DNA of 62,527 nucleotides, the filler included, from Porpidia crustulata (Eukaryota), in the NCBI GenBank assembly GCA_964255105.1. It is 9 parts of 9 records of this genome, joined end to end, with 100 filler letters (N's around TTAATTAATTAA, not from the genome) between each part and the next. Parts side by side here need not be neighbours in the genome. Positions count along the whole stretch, not along the records: positions 55,688 to 62,527 come from CAXUWE010001444.1; 8 more parts are not named here. One strand, 5' to 3'. Shown piece after piece: positions 60,449 through 62,527 of the stretch (position 1 is the first letter of the stretch; each line of letters opens with the position of its first letter). A program made the position numbers and the translations under genes. The notes beneath the pieces were generated by a model. That model made no database searches. It was not told the DNA's origin and was given only the letters and a program-made list of their open reading frames with translations.

Positions 60449-61409
60449 CGACGAAGCGGTCACTCCTCCAAGAAGACTGGGTACTGCAGAAACGACATGG
60501 TAGCTACTCTTCAGAAGCTTGAAGAAATCGGAGCTGAACAATGGTTGAACTTCCAACACTCCGGAGGGGCGATTGAAGTCAACCCGTTGTGGTCGAATTC
60601 AAGCCACCACTAGCCACGGCAAGTGAGTGACCACGAACCCCTCAAAACCCTTCTCGATGAGTTTGGACACCTTGGTCTTGATGCGCTAACATCGATGTAA
60701 ATAGGAAGAGACAAGCATAAGGCGGGCTCTTTATGTCCATCTTTGATTCTCAAGTTTGCGCCCAACGCTGCCGGAGCTTGCAACCAATTGGATGACAGCA
60801 GTTATGTCCACAAGGTGGACTGCCCTAGTTTCATCGTTGATTCATTAGATGTTGCGATGTGTCTAAGTGATCATGTAGCCATGTGGAAAAGCTGCTAATT
60901 GCGCTCGGGGCAGCTGTGTAGCTGGTGGGTTGCTAGAATAGCACGAGAGCTACTAGCACTTGCGCAGCTTGGCCCAGGGAGCGGCTAAACCGCCTTTGAA
61001 ACGCGTAGATACGTCCGTTCAAAGTGATTGTAATCATTTAAACTATTTATTCACAAAATGATTATTTCCAAAGTTACATCATAACACTTTTTTTCTATCA
61101 ATACCATTTGAAATTATTGTTCATTTCGCATTGATCTTTACACGTATATTTAACAAATTAACATTAATTCGAAGAGATTTCATGATAACGTACTGTCATT
61201 GATACCGTCTAAGAACTGAGGTAACTCGTCCGAGTGATGTAGCATTCTGACTTATCCAGCTCACACGCTAAAGCAGCAGGCGCATATTTTTGTCAATTTC
61301 ATCGTAAAGCCAGCCACACGCCACAATTTGACTCGAATCTTTAGCTGGTTCTTCAGAACAGTGAGTAGATGAAAAAACAGATAATAGTCGAAATTCACAT
61401 CTTGATACC

Positions 61410-61825
61410 ATGGGTTCAATACGGCGAAGCAAGACCAAACGCAGGACCCGGTATCTACATTGCCCTGGAGGAAGAACCACGCTGATGCTGACCTACAAAG
61501 CGATCTTGACCAAATCCATGATGACCTGCGCTCTCCCAAGCGTCTTGCTCAGCAAAAAACCATGAAGCCTGCCGAGGACTTGCCTGGCCTAGGGCAGTTT
61601 TACTGCGCCGAGTGTGCGAAATTCTTCGAGGGCGAGCATAGCTTGGTGCAGCATAGAAGAGGAAAGAATCATAAGAGAAGAATACGTTCTTTACGTGAGG
61701 AACCGTATACGCAAAAGGAGGCCGAGGCTGCGGTGGGTTTGAGGACCGATAACGGCACCAGGAAAACAATAGAGAGTGCGTTATCGACAGAGCAGCCCGC
61801 GCCAATGGAAGTCGAAGTGCAGTAG
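61410..61825 (+). CDS. BUD20: C2H2 zinc-finger 60S biogenesis factor (ZNF593 family)
   Basis: MGSIRRSKTKRRT/RDLDQI (intron 61451-61500), EDLPGLGQFYCAECAKFF, H.RGKNHKRR and EPYTQKEAEAAVG. Confidence 0.95.
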
Positions 61826-62527
61826 GCTAGCAAGGAACGTGGAGGAGTCGATATTTCTACCGTAGGGTCTAGGGCTCTGGGGCCGCACAATGATCGGACC
61901 GTTTTAGCATATTGGACACTCCCTTGATGTGGAAAGAATGCCAATTTCGTTGGCGCTCCGAATCTGCTACGGATTATACAAGTCATACGAATTAGAGCGC
62001 TTCTATCTGGCTTCCCTAGCGATAATATGAAGCCGGACGTCTCTGCTACAGCAATCCAAAGCTACTGGGAGCGCGGATTCTGGTCAAGATGGCCAAGCGC
62101 AATTGGAAAGGTTATTTCTGAGACGCAGTCTCTGATCTCCCAGGGCTGTTGATACCGTCATGGAGTTTGCGAAGACAGGTTGCCAAAGCTCAAGCACGAA
62201 TATGTCAAGTAATTTCATGTGGCAGGCAGCTATTGCCATTGACTAGAGAGACCGAGCCAAAACCACACTCTGCACGTACGGATTAATTTGGAACTATTAC
62301 ATTGCATTCTATTATAGCCCTGAGATACCTGCGTCTGCAAAGTACGTTTTGCGGTAGGCTTGAATGTATATTTACCTTGATTGTCTCGCTCGCGTTCTCA
62401 CAACCCAAGCATCAAATACCCCGAAACCCTAACCCTCTACCAATCCTTCTACCAAGTCCTCTAGAAATCCCATCGATAAGTGCTGTTTACAACTCCCAAA
62501 GCCCTCCAACCACTCCCTCCCAAATCC

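Noticed and set aside
1..62527. CRISPR arrays, tRNA/rRNA/snRNA genes, TPP riboswitch, transposase, reverse transcriptase or Starship captain genes, secondary-metabolite cluster
   Set aside because: No diagnostic motifs recognised by eye. Clusters spanning linkers would be artefacts.

Overview
Fungal (filamentous ascomycete, Pezizomycotina-type) genomic DNA with short GT-AG introns. The window is not one locus. It is nine contigs of about 6.84-6.88 kb, sorted by decreasing length and joined by artificial N-TTAATTAATTAA-N linkers, so gene neighbourhood is meaningful only within a contig. Conserved genes: glycogen phosphorylase, pyrimidine 5'-nucleotidase, NTA1, a carbonyl reductase-type SDR, the divergent ACL1/ACL2 pair, a YANK-type kinase, two SNF2 helicases (RAD5/16-like and HELLS/IRC5-like), GRC3, LST7/folliculin, eIF3k, KRE6/SKN1, PRP9, FAL1 and BUD20. 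Accessory patches hold a 541-bp foldback MITE and five disrupted genes from expanded families (kinase-like, HET, PD-(D/E)XK-like, Ser/Thr kinase, APH-like). Signals missed by the ORF track: (1) an intronic C/D snoRNA in eIF3k with a SNORD44-like 18S guide; (2) a candidate H/ACA snoRNA after GRC3 matching a conserved large-subunit rRNA pseudouridine site; (3) a repeat-bracketed cassette of nuclease-fold gene + kinase + small spliced His/Asp-motif protein, a speculative conflict module; (4) a tract almost free of GG/CC dinucleotides, suggesting non-canonical RIP-like mutation. All family assignments and rRNA matches come from motif recognition and memory; no database searches were run.
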